Program-made: the position numbers and the translations under genes
Notes under the pieces: generated by a model
Databases searched by the model: none
What the model saw: only the letters and a program-made list of their open reading frames with translations
What the model was told of the DNA's origin: nothing
From: an uncultured Anaerolineales bacterium
Lineage (GTDB): Bacteria > Chloroflexota > Anaerolineae > UBA1429
Length of the DNA: 64,000 nucleotides
Direction of reading: 5' to 3'
Assembly: GCA_964482225.1 (NCBI GenBank)
Contig: CAYZWT010000023.1
Span: 113 to 64,112 of the forward strand
Shown: one piece after another, positions 1 to 8,297 of the stretch
Numbering within the stretch: the first letter of the stretch is position 1
Layout of the letters: every line of letters begins with the position of its first letter

Positions 1-8
1 AGCGGAGG

Positions 9-1163
9 GTGCGGCACATGACCTATGAGAATGCAATCAACGGCCGATCGCATGAAGAGACGCGACAGCGCTTGGTTGAGAGTCGCAGACTTCAGCGCGT
101 GACGACGGCATTGCTCCAAAAGCTCACGCTTGAGCAGGTGTTCGAGATTGTGCACCTCGAAGCGCGGCAGTTGACGGGCGCCGAGGGGGGCAGCATCTTT
201 TTGCTGGAAGAGGATAGTTGGCTGCGAGAGGTCCGCGCCGATGTCGCGCTCGACCCACTTACCGAACGCATCCCAGTGTCTGGCACCCTCACCGGTCAGG
301 CTCTGCTCAGTGGCAAGCCGATCTGGGCCAATGACTATGCCAACGGCGTGGTAGAGGCGCGCACGCCGGGCGCCAAGACAGACTCTTTGCTGGCAGTGCC
401 CTTGCAGATAGAGGGCGTTCCCATTGGCGCCCTGAACGTGGCCAACAAACAGGGGGGCTTTACCGAGGATGACGTACGCATTCTTGGCCTGCTCGCGGAT
501 GTGGCTGCCATCGCCATCGAGAACGCCCGGTTGCGCGAAAGGGCCAATCAGATGGCCATAGAGGAGGAGCGTCAGTGGCTAGCACGCGAATTGCACGACT
601 CGGTAACCCAGGCTATGTATAGCGTTACTCTTTACGCCGAGGCGACGCGCATGGCCCTCCAGACTGGCAAGTACGATATAGCTACGGAAAACCTGCAAGA
701 ACTGCAAATGATGGCGCGTGAGGCTCTGTTCGGGATCCGCCTGCTGATTTTCGAGTTGCATCCCCCCATTCTGGAGGGACAGGGATTGGCTGCGGCCCTA
801 CAGATCCGCTTGGCCGCGGTGGAAAGCCGCGCGGGATTGCAGACCGAGATGCGGGTGGAGGGGGAGAGGCGCCTGCCGCTTTCCATCGAGGAAGAGTTGT
901 ATCGCGTTGCGCTCGAAGCCCTGAACAATGTGGTCAAGCACGCACGTGCGCGATGCGTGACGGTTCATGTGTGCTTTGACGAGCAGCGCGTCACGCTGGA
1001 GGTCTCGGACGATGGAACGGGCTACGACCCTGTCTTGGCCATGGGGGGCGGAGGAATGGGGCTGCGCGGAATGGGAGAGCGTGTTCAACGCATCAACGGA
1101 AAACTGGATATCATTAGCGCCCCGGGCAAAGGCACCGCGTTAAGGGTGGAGGTAGCGTTGTGA
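9..1163 (+). CDS. Sensor histidine kinase, GAF domain plus HisKA_3/HATPase_c (NarL-type partner); may be 5'-truncated at the window edge
   Basis: ORF translation shows a GAF-like N-terminus, an H-box (ARELHDSVTQ) and an ATPase motif (DDGTGYD...GMGLRGM). It overlaps the downstream response regulator by 4 nt. Confidence 0.7.
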   Translation: MRHMTYENAINGRSHEETRQRLVESRRLQRVTTALLQKLTLEQVFEIVHLEARQLTGAEGGSIFLLEEDSWLREVRADVALDPLTERIPVSGTLTGQALLSGKPIWANDYANGVVEARTPGAKTDSLLAVPLQIEGVPIGALNVANKQGGFTEDDVRILGLLADVAAIAIENARLRERANQMAIEEERQWLARELHDSVTQAMYSVTLYAEATRMALQTGKYDIATENLQELQMMAREALFGIRLLIFELHPPILEGQGLAAALQIRLAAVESRAGLQTEMRVEGERRLPLSIEEELYRVALEALNNVVKHARARCVTVHVCFDEQRVTLEVSDDGTGYDPVLAMGGGGMGLRGMGERVQRINGKLDIISAPGKGTALRVEVAL

Positions 1164-1858
1164 CAGAACAGGCGGCCTCCGGTACGTCCCAACTACCCAT
1201 CCGGGTGCTGGTCGTGGATGACCAGGCCATCGTCCGCAAGGGCATACGCGCTTTGCTGGCGGAGGTCGAGACTATTACAGTTGTGGGGGAAGCCAGCAAC
1301 GGACAGGAGGCCATGGTCCAGGTGCAGGCTCTGGATCCGGATGTGACGTTGATGGACCTGGCCATGCCGGTGATGGACGGCATTGAGGCCATCTGCCAGA
1401 TCACCGAACGTCAGCCGAGGGCTCGCATCCTGGTGTTGACCAGCTTTACCAGCGATGACAAGGTCTTTCCTGCCATCAAGGCTGGGGCGCTGGGGTACCT
1501 GTTGAAGGATTCCGAGCCGACTGATCTGATCCGAGCCATTGAGCAAGTCAGCCGTGGCGAACCCTCGCTGCACCCGACCATCGCTATACAGGTGCTGAAG
1601 GAATTGCGGCGCCCAACCGAAAAAACACCTCCCCCGAATGCCCTGACAGCGCGAGAAGTTGAGGTGCTGCGCCTGGTCGCCGCGGGAATGACCAATCGCG
1701 AGATCGCCGCACAGCTTTCCACCACCGAGGCGACCATCAAGACACACGTAAGCAGCATTCTGAGCAAGCTGCAGTTGGCCAACCGCGTGCAGGCGACGCT
1801 CTATGCCCTTCAGGAGGGAGTTGCCCCCTTGAGGGAGGCTCCTGAGAACGAAACGTAG
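1160..1858 (+). CDS. Two-component response regulator, NarL/LuxR family (REC + LuxR HTH)
   Basis: IRVLVVDDQ receiver motif and a C-terminal LTAREVEVLRLVAAGMTNREIA...TIKTHVSSILSKL LuxR-type HTH. The GTG start overlaps the kinase stop (GTGA). Confidence 0.85.
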   Translation: MTEQAASGTSQLPIRVLVVDDQAIVRKGIRALLAEVETITVVGEASNGQEAMVQVQALDPDVTLMDLAMPVMDGIEAICQITERQPRARILVLTSFTSDDKVFPAIKAGALGYLLKDSEPTDLIRAIEQVSRGEPSLHPTIAIQVLKELRRPTEKTPPPNALTAREVEVLRLVAAGMTNREIAAQLSTTEATIKTHVSSILSKLQLANRVQATLYALQEGVAPLREAPENET

Positions 1859-1944
1859 GGCCCTCCGCGTCCGAGCACAGGGCGTTTTTCGCCTGCACCC
1901 AGATGCTCAGTCGTAAGAGGTAGGCTACACCTCCGAAAGTATGA

Positions 1945-1975
1945 GAGACCGCCGCAAGGCGGTCTCTTTTTGTTG
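1945..1975 (+). terminator. Rho-independent terminator after the two-component operon
   Basis: Hairpin agagaccgcc-gcaa-ggcggtctct followed by TTTTTGTT. Confidence 0.7.
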
Positions 1976-2124
1976 AGTCCAAGATCAACCCTCTGGCCGA
2001 TGGCATACGCTTGGTATGGCGGTATGCTGAGAACAGAAAAGCTGATGGGCTAGCGCGGATCAGCCTGGCCGTGCTAACCATTGAGCGCACGTGTGTTCAT
2101 GTTCCCAATAAGGAGGGTACCAGT

Positions 2125-2265
2125 GTGAGCAAGCAAAAAGAGAAATCCGAGACCGGGCCAAAAGATCCCGTCGCAGAAGAGGTGATCGAAAAGCCCAAGA
2201 GCAAGAAAGAAAAAAAGACTGCAAAAAAATCCGCAGACAAGCGCAAGAAAAAATCCAAAAAGTGA
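2125..2265 (+). CDS. Small lysine-rich basic protein (46 aa), hypothetical
   Basis: RBS AAGGAGGG lies 7 nt upstream of a GTG start. The product VSKQKEKSETGPKD...KKSADKRKKKSKK is low-complexity K/E-rich. Confidence 0.35.
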   Translation: MSKQKEKSETGPKDPVAEEVIEKPKSKKEKKTAKKSADKRKKKSKK

Positions 2266-2295
2266 TCTGATCGTTAAAGAAAGGATGGCCTCTAC

Positions 2296-2502
2296 TTGAA
2301 CAAAGATATTCTCGAAGGCAAGTGGAAGCAGATCCGCGGCCAGGCGAAAGAGTGGTGGGGTAAACTCACCGATGACGATCTGGATCGGGTCGCCGGCAAG
2401 GCGGAGCAGCTCGTCGGCCTGCTTCAGGAAAAGTATGGATACACACGTGAGCAGGCCCAAGAAGAGTATGACAGGCGCATGAAGGAAGTAAGCGAGGACT
2501 AG
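2296..2502 (+). CDS. CsbD-family general stress protein
   Basis: MNKDILEGKWKQIRGQAKEWWGKLTDDDLDRVAGK...EKYGYTREQAQ is a classic CsbD signature; TTG start. Confidence 0.7.
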   Translation: MNKDILEGKWKQIRGQAKEWWGKLTDDDLDRVAGKAEQLVGLLQEKYGYTREQAQEEYDRRMKEVSED

Positions 2503-2588
2503 ATTCTCGCGCCATCCGGACACATGGATTGTAAAACGAGCGCGCAAGACCTTTACAGTTGACAAGCGCTCATTCAGGAGGGAGCAGC

Positions 2589-2852
2589 ATGAACTTTATA
2601 ATCTGGATCATCGCTGGAGCGGTCATCGGCTGGATAGCCAGCATGGTGATGGGCACGAACGCGCGACAGGGTCTCTTACTCGATATTATTGTTGGCATAG
2701 TGGGCGCGTTCCTGGCAGGCCTCGTACTGACACCGCTGTTTGGCATCGGCACCATCAACCAGAACGATTTCAGTCTACCAGCCTTGCTGGTCTCGTTGCT
2801 GGGCGCCGTGCTCTTGCTAGCGATTGTCAGGCTCATTCGGGGCCGGCGCTGA
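2589..2852 (+). CDS. GlsB/YeaQ/YmgE-family transglycosylase-associated membrane protein
   Basis: RBS CAGGAGGGAG, then ATG. The product is an 87-aa two/three-TM protein (MNFIIWIIAGAVIGWIASMVMG...) typical of the family. Confidence 0.65.
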   Translation: MNFIIWIIAGAVIGWIASMVMGTNARQGLLLDIIVGIVGAFLAGLVLTPLFGIGTINQNDFSLPALLVSLLGAVLLLAIVRLIRGRR

Positions 2853-3028
2853 TTGGCCAAGAAAACATAGCGCCGCCGGCTCTGGTCTCTCAGATCGGAG
2901 TGTAATCGGCGGGTAATAGTCTGGCCATCACCCTGAGCGCGGCGGAGACCCTGCGCCGCGCTCAGGGCGCCATCATGCGACACCAAAGTGAATTGGGCCT
3001 GCTATAGGCTCAATAGTAAGGAGATACT

Positions 3029-3541
3029 ATGTCTGACAATCGTCCTATAGACGAACTTGCAGTGGATCGCCGCGAGGAAACTGTCGTCACGCATCAGCCG
3101 GGCTATGCTGCCACAGAGAGGGTTACGCACGATGTCGCAGCCGAGCGTCGTCTTCGCTTTCACCAGATTGTACGGATCATTTGGACCGTCGTGGGGGTAT
3201 TGCAGATCCTGCTGGGGGTGCGGTTTGTCCTAAAGCTGATCGCGGCCAACCCGGAAGCCGGTTTCGCCGCCCTTATGTACGGCATCACGGGCCCCTTTGT
3301 GGCGCCTTTTGCGGCGCTCGTGGGCACACCCACTTCCGGGGGAGTGATCCTCGAAGTGACGACCCTCATCGCTATGGCGATCTATGCGCTCTTGTTCTGG
3401 GTGATCGTGCGTGTGCTTCTAGTCGCTGCGGATCGCCCCAGTGCGCAGACCGTCACGCGTTCGGTGCATGAGCAGACGCCCGATGAAGGCATTTCGGGCT
3501 CCGGAACCGAGCGCACCACGCATACCATCAGTAGAGACTAG
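3029..3541 (+). CDS. YggT-like integral membrane protein with a soluble N-terminal extension
   Basis: Hydrophobic repeats with a YGITGPFVAPF motif resembling YggT (PF02325); RBS AAGGAGA. Confidence 0.45.
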   Translation: MSDNRPIDELAVDRREETVVTHQPGYAATERVTHDVAAERRLRFHQIVRIIWTVVGVLQILLGVRFVLKLIAANPEAGFAALMYGITGPFVAPFAALVGTPTSGGVILEVTTLIAMAIYALLFWVIVRVLLVAADRPSAQTVTRSVHEQTPDEGISGSGTERTTHTISRD

Positions 3542-3704
3542 CGTCGAGCGCCACCTGGAGCGCTACCTGGATTGGAGTTGGCAGCATGAAGCGAATCAAG
3601 CGTCTCAGAAAGCTCCTGCTGGGCATCTGTATGGCCATGGCCGGCCTGTTTGCAGGCATCAGTACGATCATTGCGGTCATGGAAGAGTCTGAGGAGGTGG
3701 CAAA

Positions 3705-5585
3705 ATGCGACGACCAAGACACTGGTTACTAACTCCAATCCTATTGGCCGCCCTTCTATTTGCGGCGAGAGGTCTCTCGCCGGCAAGGGCCGACGACCAG
3801 CAACTCAGAAACGTCCTCCGGGCGCCCGGGGCGCCATCGCAGACATTGCCACTGCAGATATTGCAGGGGCCCTCCGCCCCCTCTTTGGGCACGGCGGAGA
3901 GCTTTGCGGTCTTGGCAGGTTCGACGGCGACCAATACGGGCGACACCGTGATCAACGGCCATCTGGGTGTCAGTCCGGGCAGCGAGGTCACCGGCTTTCC
4001 CCCCGGGATTGTGAATGGGACGAGGTATGAGGCTGATGCGGTCGCGGCTCAGGCCCAGGTTGATCTCGGCCTGGCGTACGACGATCTGGCAGGCCGGGCA
4101 TGCGATCCCAGCGGCAATTTGACCGGTCAGGACCTGGGCGGCCTCACGCTCACGTCAGGCGTCTATTGTTTTGACACATCGGCTCAGTTGACTGGCCTGC
4201 TTACGCTTGATGCTAAGGGTGACTCGGGCGCCGTCTTTGTCCTAAAGATTGGGAGCACGCTCACAACCGCGAGCAGTTCATCTGTTCAGATGATCGGTAA
4301 CGGAAACCCGTGTAACGTCTACTGGCAGGTGGGCAGCTCCGCAACCCTCGGCACAGATACTGCGTTCTCGGGGAATATCCTTGCACTGACGAGTATCACT
4401 CTCAATACCGGCGCCGATATCACAGGCAGCGCCTTGGCCAGAAACGGCGCGGTGACGATGGATACCAATACCATCAGTCTGTGCTCGCCCCTGGCCCCAA
4501 CACCGACCACGACGAGCACCGTTACGCCGACGGTGCCGACCGCACTAACCCCGACCACGACGACCACCGTCACGCCAACAGCGACGACCACCGTCACGCC
4601 AACAGCGACGACCACCGTTACGCCAACCGCGACGACAACCGTCACGCCGACCGCGACGACCACCGTCACGCCAACCGCGACGAGCACCGTCACGCCAACC
4701 GCGACGAGCACCGTCACGCCGACCGCGACGACCACCGTGACCCCGACCGTGACGACGACTGCGACTCCAAGACCGACGGGCGCGCCGACCGCGACCCCAA
4801 TGCCGGCGCAAGCGCCGACGAGCACTCCGGCTACCGGGCTGGCGCCAACCCCAACGCTTGCTCCACTGCTGGTTGGTCTGCCGGTCACCGGTGGCGCTGT
4901 TGCGCAACGAGGAGAGAGGCCCTTCGCTCTGCTCCCCTTTGGGGTAGCTTTGGCTCAGCCCTCGAGTTCGGCGCCGCTTGTTGACCCGAATCTCGACCTG
5001 CGCGCCGGGCCCGTGGACGTGCCGCTCGAACTCTGGATTCCATCACTCGATATCAGCGCCCCAGTGCTCGCGGTCGGGATCACGTCAAAGAATGTGATGG
5101 ACGCGCCGATGGGTCGGTCAAACGACCCCGTGTGGCACACGGCGTTCTGGTATCGCGGCGGGGGCATCCCAGGCGACCCGGGCACAGCGACAATCGCTGG
5201 ACATGTAGACGGCCTGGGCGGACAGCCTGCGCTCTTTGCTCACCTTGGTGATCTCAGACCAGGCGACCTGATCATCGTCTACAACACAGAGAGCGACCTC
5301 GGCGCTCACTTTATAGTCACCGAGATGGAAGAGTTCTCTGCGCGGCAAGCCGCCGCTGATCCGTCAGTTCTCGTGCGGATCTATGGTATTGGCCCCGTCT
5401 CCGGCCGGGGGCCGCAACCGGCACAGGATGGTCTCTCGCATCTGACACTCATTACCTGCAGCGGGGACATTATCCGGGGCTCGTACGAACATCGCTTGGT
5501 CGTCTATGCGCAGCGAGTCGAGGCAACGCCGCAGGAGAGCACAGATGAGATTGGGGGTGTTGCCGGCGAATACCAGCTCGACTGA
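3705..5585 (+). CDS. Secreted multidomain fusion: signal peptide, ice-binding-like DUF3494 domain, Thr/Pro tandem-repeat linker, LPVTG sorting motif, then a C-terminal sortase (class E/F-like) catalytic domain
   Basis: Strong RBS GAGGAGGTGG. Signal peptide MRRPRHWLLTPILLAALLFAARGLSPARA. DUF3494-like AESFAVLAGSTATNTGDTVINGHLGVSPGSEVTGFPPG. TTTVTPTA repeated about 9 times. LPVTGG. Sortase motifs IAGHVD (His), TLITC (Cys) and RLVVYA (Arg). Confidence 0.7.
   Translation: MRRPRHWLLTPILLAALLFAARGLSPARADDQQLRNVLRAPGAPSQTLPLQILQGPSAPSLGTAESFAVLAGSTATNTGDTVINGHLGVSPGSEVTGFPPGIVNGTRYEADAVAAQAQVDLGLAYDDLAGRACDPSGNLTGQDLGGLTLTSGVYCFDTSAQLTGLLTLDAKGDSGAVFVLKIGSTLTTASSSSVQMIGNGNPCNVYWQVGSSATLGTDTAFSGNILALTSITLNTGADITGSALARNGAVTMDTNTISLCSPLAPTPTTTSTVTPTVPTALTPTTTTTVTPTATTTVTPTATTTVTPTATTTVTPTATTTVTPTATSTVTPTATSTVTPTATTTVTPTVTTTATPRPTGAPTATPMPAQAPTSTPATGLAPTPTLAPLLVGLPVTGGAVAQRGERPFALLPFGVALAQPSSSAPLVDPNLDLRAGPVDVPLELWIPSLDISAPVLAVGITSKNVMDAPMGRSNDPVWHTAFWYRGGGIPGDPGTATIAGHVDGLGGQPALFAHLGDLRPGDLIIVYNTESDLGAHFIVTEMEEFSARQAAADPSVLVRIYGIGPVSGRGPQPAQDGLSHLTLITCSGDIIRGSYEHRLVVYAQRVEATPQESTDEIGGVAGEYQLD
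4555..4765 (+). repeat. 24-nt in-frame tandem repeat (accaccgtcacgccaacagcgacg, about 8.5 copies) encoding TTTVTPTA
   Basis: Direct inspection shows near-identical 24-nt units with synonymous wobble changes; it lies inside CDS 3705..5585. Confidence 0.85.
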
Positions 5586-5672
5586 CCATCTATCGAGGGC
5601 GCGGCGCCCTTGGCAAGGCTGGGGGCGCCGCGCAGGCAATAGTTTCTGAGAATTCTGTAAAGGGGATATGAA

Positions 5673-5999
5673 ATGCACGAGCACAACCAGAAGCGTAATG
5701 TCAAGATCCGTGGCGGCAAAGGGTTCTTTGTCGGGCTCGCCGGACTGGTGGCGGGTGGCCTGATTGGCGCCGGGGTGATGCTGCTGTGGGCGCCGCAATC
5801 GGGGAAAAAGACGCGCGACCAGGTCATGCACGAAGGTATAGAGCTGCGAGATCAAGTCGGCGGAATCGTTGATGATGTGGTGGGGCAGACCCGCAGCAGA
5901 GTGAACAAGATCGCGACCGCCGTGCGCAAGCAGGGCAAAAAGCTCGGGCACCAAGGCGAGGACGCACTTGAGCACGTAGTGGCTGCGGCCCAGGCCTGA
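5673..5999 (+). CDS. YtxH-family (DUF948) stress-associated membrane-anchored protein
   Basis: GFFVGLAGLVAGGLIGAGVMLLWAPQSGKKTRDQV is a YtxH signature; RBS AAAGGGGA. Confidence 0.6.
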   Translation: MHEHNQKRNVKIRGGKGFFVGLAGLVAGGLIGAGVMLLWAPQSGKKTRDQVMHEGIELRDQVGGIVDDVVGQTRSRVNKIATAVRKQGKKLGHQGEDALEHVVAAAQA

Positions 6000-6121
6000 T
6001 GGTCTAGAGGAGAACCGCCGCACACCCGTCCGTTTGGCCCTTTGCGCAACGAAACCGTCGCCGCCGTGCTGTGACGACTTTCCGCTTGTAGCCATTTCGG
6101 TGTTCACCCAGAGGAGCGATC

Positions 6122-6622
6122 ATGACCAACACACCTTCGTCCAAGCATACCAGCCCGATTTCGTGGGGGAGTCGCATCCTAACCTATGCGATCGTCCTGC
6201 TCGTTGGAGCCGCTATCGGCTTTGTGCCCATGTGGCTTCAAGCCCGCAACACCGCCGATGAACTCTCTCAGGCGAAAGCCCGGCTAGAGTCGACTCGAAC
6301 ACAGAATGCTCTGGAGTCGGCGGCGGCCGCGCGCCAGCTAGGCGCTGCCGAGATACAGAACATGCTCGCCTCTGCCGCGATAGACGCTTGGCGAGGCGAC
6401 TATGAGGCGGCGCGCCAAGCTGCCAGCGCGTTTTTTGTTGTCTTGCGGGAGGAGACCAGCAAAGAGGCCGACTCGATCCTGACACAGGCGCAAAAGGATG
6501 GCGTAGAGCCGATGTTTGCGCGACGTGACGAAACCATCTCCCTGCTCGCTCGCAACGATCCTGCTGCGGCCGAGCGTCTGTCCGATCTGTACGTGGCATT
6601 TCGCGAGCTCATGGGCGGGTAG
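6122..6622 (+). CDS. Hypothetical membrane-anchored coiled-coil protein
   Basis: A single N-terminal TM segment (ILTYAIVLLVGAAIGFVPMWL) followed by an Ala/Glu-rich helical region. No recognisable family. Confidence 0.4.
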   Translation: MTNTPSSKHTSPISWGSRILTYAIVLLVGAAIGFVPMWLQARNTADELSQAKARLESTRTQNALESAAAARQLGAAEIQNMLASAAIDAWRGDYEAARQAASAFFVVLREETSKEADSILTQAQKDGVEPMFARRDETISLLARNDPAAAERLSDLYVAFRELMGG

Positions 6623-6781
6623 AGCAGCGCATGGCGCGTAGCAGTGGCAATCGGGATAGAGCCCCTGGGCGCAACTGCGGGAATGACAAGCCCCTAACCT
6701 GACCTCGACCTTCTTTGGGCTCTGACGGGTGAATGCCGCTTTCTCTGGGTGGCCCAGAGAAAGGGTTGGATCAGTCCCTCT

Positions 6782-6817
6782 CGGGCGAGTTTCGGGTGCA
6801 ACCCCGAAACTCGCCCG
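6782..6817 (+). terminator. Strong 15-bp stem hairpin (terminator-like) downstream of CDS 6122..6622
   Basis: cgggcgagtttcggg-tgcaac-cccgaaactcgcccg followed by TTTGCCTCTTG. Confidence 0.5.
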
Positions 6818-6825
6818 TTTGCCTC

Positions 6826-6856
6826 TTGACTCTGCCCCCGGGGGAGGCTATATGAT
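6826..6856 (+). promoter_or_regulatory. MerR-type promoter: TTGACT, a 19-bp spacer containing the perfect palindrome CCCCCGGGGG, then TATGAT
   Basis: -35 TTGACT (6826-6831). Spacer ctgcccccgggggaggcta. -10 TATGAT (6851-6856). It sits 58 nt upstream of the MerR-family gene. Confidence 0.5.
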
Positions 6857-6913
6857 GTCCTATGTAACTGCTGGCCAGCAGTCCTGTCCCCATCTCCCCT
6901 GGAAGGAGCGCCC

Positions 6914-8227
6914 ATGCTCAAGATTGGCGAGCTGAGCCGTCTGGCGCAGGTCTCGGTCAAGACCCTGCGCTACTATGCTGAGCGCGGCCTGCTGCTGCCT
7001 GCCCATGTGGACCGCTACACCGGCTACCGCTACTATGCCCTGGAGCAACTGCCCCGGCTGAACCGCATCCTGGCCCTGAAGGACCTGGGGTTCACCCTGG
7101 AAGAGATCGCGCGCGTGCTGGGCGAGAACCTCTCGCCGGACGAGCTGCGGGGCATGGTGCGGCTGCGGCAGATCGAACTGGAGCGACGCCTGGCCGAGGA
7201 ACAGGCCCGCCTGACCCGCGTCGAGGCGCGCCTGCGCCAGATCGCCCAGGAAGGCTGCCTGCCCGAGTACCCTGTGGTGCTCAAGGCCGTGGCCGCCCGG
7301 CGCGTGATGGCCCTGGGCCGGCGCGTGGCCGGCTATGGCCAGGGTGCGGCGCTGGTGCGGCCGCTACTGGCTCGCTTGCAGGCCGTCGGGCTGCCGACGC
7401 CGGCCGCCGGCGCCATCGTAACCGTGTATCGCGAGGATGCCGATGGCGCCGGTCTATGGGCCGCGACAGGGGCGTCGCTGGAGCGCATACCGGCGCCCCA
7501 TGGGCTGGGCGGCGAACTCGAGATCCTCGCGCTTCCGGCGATACCCGCTCTGGCCTGCGTCATCCACCAGGGGAGCCATGACGCCCTCGGCGACGCCTAT
7601 GGCGCGCTGCTGAGCTGGGCGGCCCCCAACGGCTATCGCGCCAACGGCCTCGTGCGCGAGGTCTATCTGCGGGGGCCCGAAAGCGACGCGCCGCCTGAGG
7701 AGTATGTGTCCGAGGTGCAACTGCCCGTCGCGAGCGTATTGGCCAACATGGATGTCCGAAGAAAGGAACAACTCATGCACCCCAAGATCGAGACCAAACC
7801 GGCATTCAGCGTCGTGGGCCTGGTCTATCACGGCAAGAACGAGCACAGAGAGATCCCGGCCCTGTGGGATCAGCTCAACCCGCGTTGGGGCGAGCTCTTG
7901 GCGCTGGGCGATATGCGCGGCTGCTATGGCGTGTGTGACGCCGCCATGGATGAGACCGGCTTTGACTATATGGCGGGCCTCGACCTGGGACCGCTGGCCC
8001 AGGCGCCCGAGGGCATGGCCATCTGGCAAGTGCCCGAGGCGACCTATGCCGTCTTTACCTGCACGTTGCCCACCATCGGCGCAACCCACGACTATATCCA
8101 CAACACCTGGCTGCCCAACTCGGGCTACCGCCGGGCGCCGACGCCTGACCTGGAGCTCTACCCTGAGACGTTCGAGCCCGGCGATCCCGAGTCCGAGATG
8201 TATATCTATATCCCCATCATCCGCTAG
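6914..8227 (+). CDS. MerR-family transcriptional regulator with C-terminal GyrI-like (AraC-E-bind) effector-binding domains
   Basis: N-terminus MLKIGELSRLAQVSVKTLRYYAERGLL is a MerR HTH, followed by a coiled coil. C-terminus HPKIETKPAFSVVGLVYHG...YIYIP is GyrI-like. Confidence 0.8.
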   Translation: MLKIGELSRLAQVSVKTLRYYAERGLLLPAHVDRYTGYRYYALEQLPRLNRILALKDLGFTLEEIARVLGENLSPDELRGMVRLRQIELERRLAEEQARLTRVEARLRQIAQEGCLPEYPVVLKAVAARRVMALGRRVAGYGQGAALVRPLLARLQAVGLPTPAAGAIVTVYREDADGAGLWAATGASLERIPAPHGLGGELEILALPAIPALACVIHQGSHDALGDAYGALLSWAAPNGYRANGLVREVYLRGPESDAPPEEYVSEVQLPVASVLANMDVRRKEQLMHPKIETKPAFSVVGLVYHGKNEHREIPALWDQLNPRWGELLALGDMRGCYGVCDAAMDETGFDYMAGLDLGPLAQAPEGMAIWQVPEATYAVFTCTLPTIGATHDYIHNTWLPNSGYRRAPTPDLELYPETFEPGDPESEMYIYIPIIR

Positions 8228-8240
8228 CGCCTGAGAACGA

Positions 8241-8278
8241 CGCGGGCGTGGGTGGCTCCAGTGAGCGCCCACGCCCGC
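8241..8278. terminator. Bidirectional terminator hairpin between convergent genes
   Basis: gcgggcgtggg...cccacgcccgc stem between the MerR gene (+) and the ADH gene (-). Confidence 0.45.
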
Positions 8279-8297
8279 GTGTCCCAACCTCGGGGGG

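Noticed and set aside
4498-4790. Regularly spaced 24-nt direct repeats; possible CRISPR array
   Set aside because: The repeats are contiguous with no spacers, lie in frame within a CDS, and encode a TTTVTPTA peptide repeat. This is a protein linker, not a CRISPR array. No cas genes are nearby.
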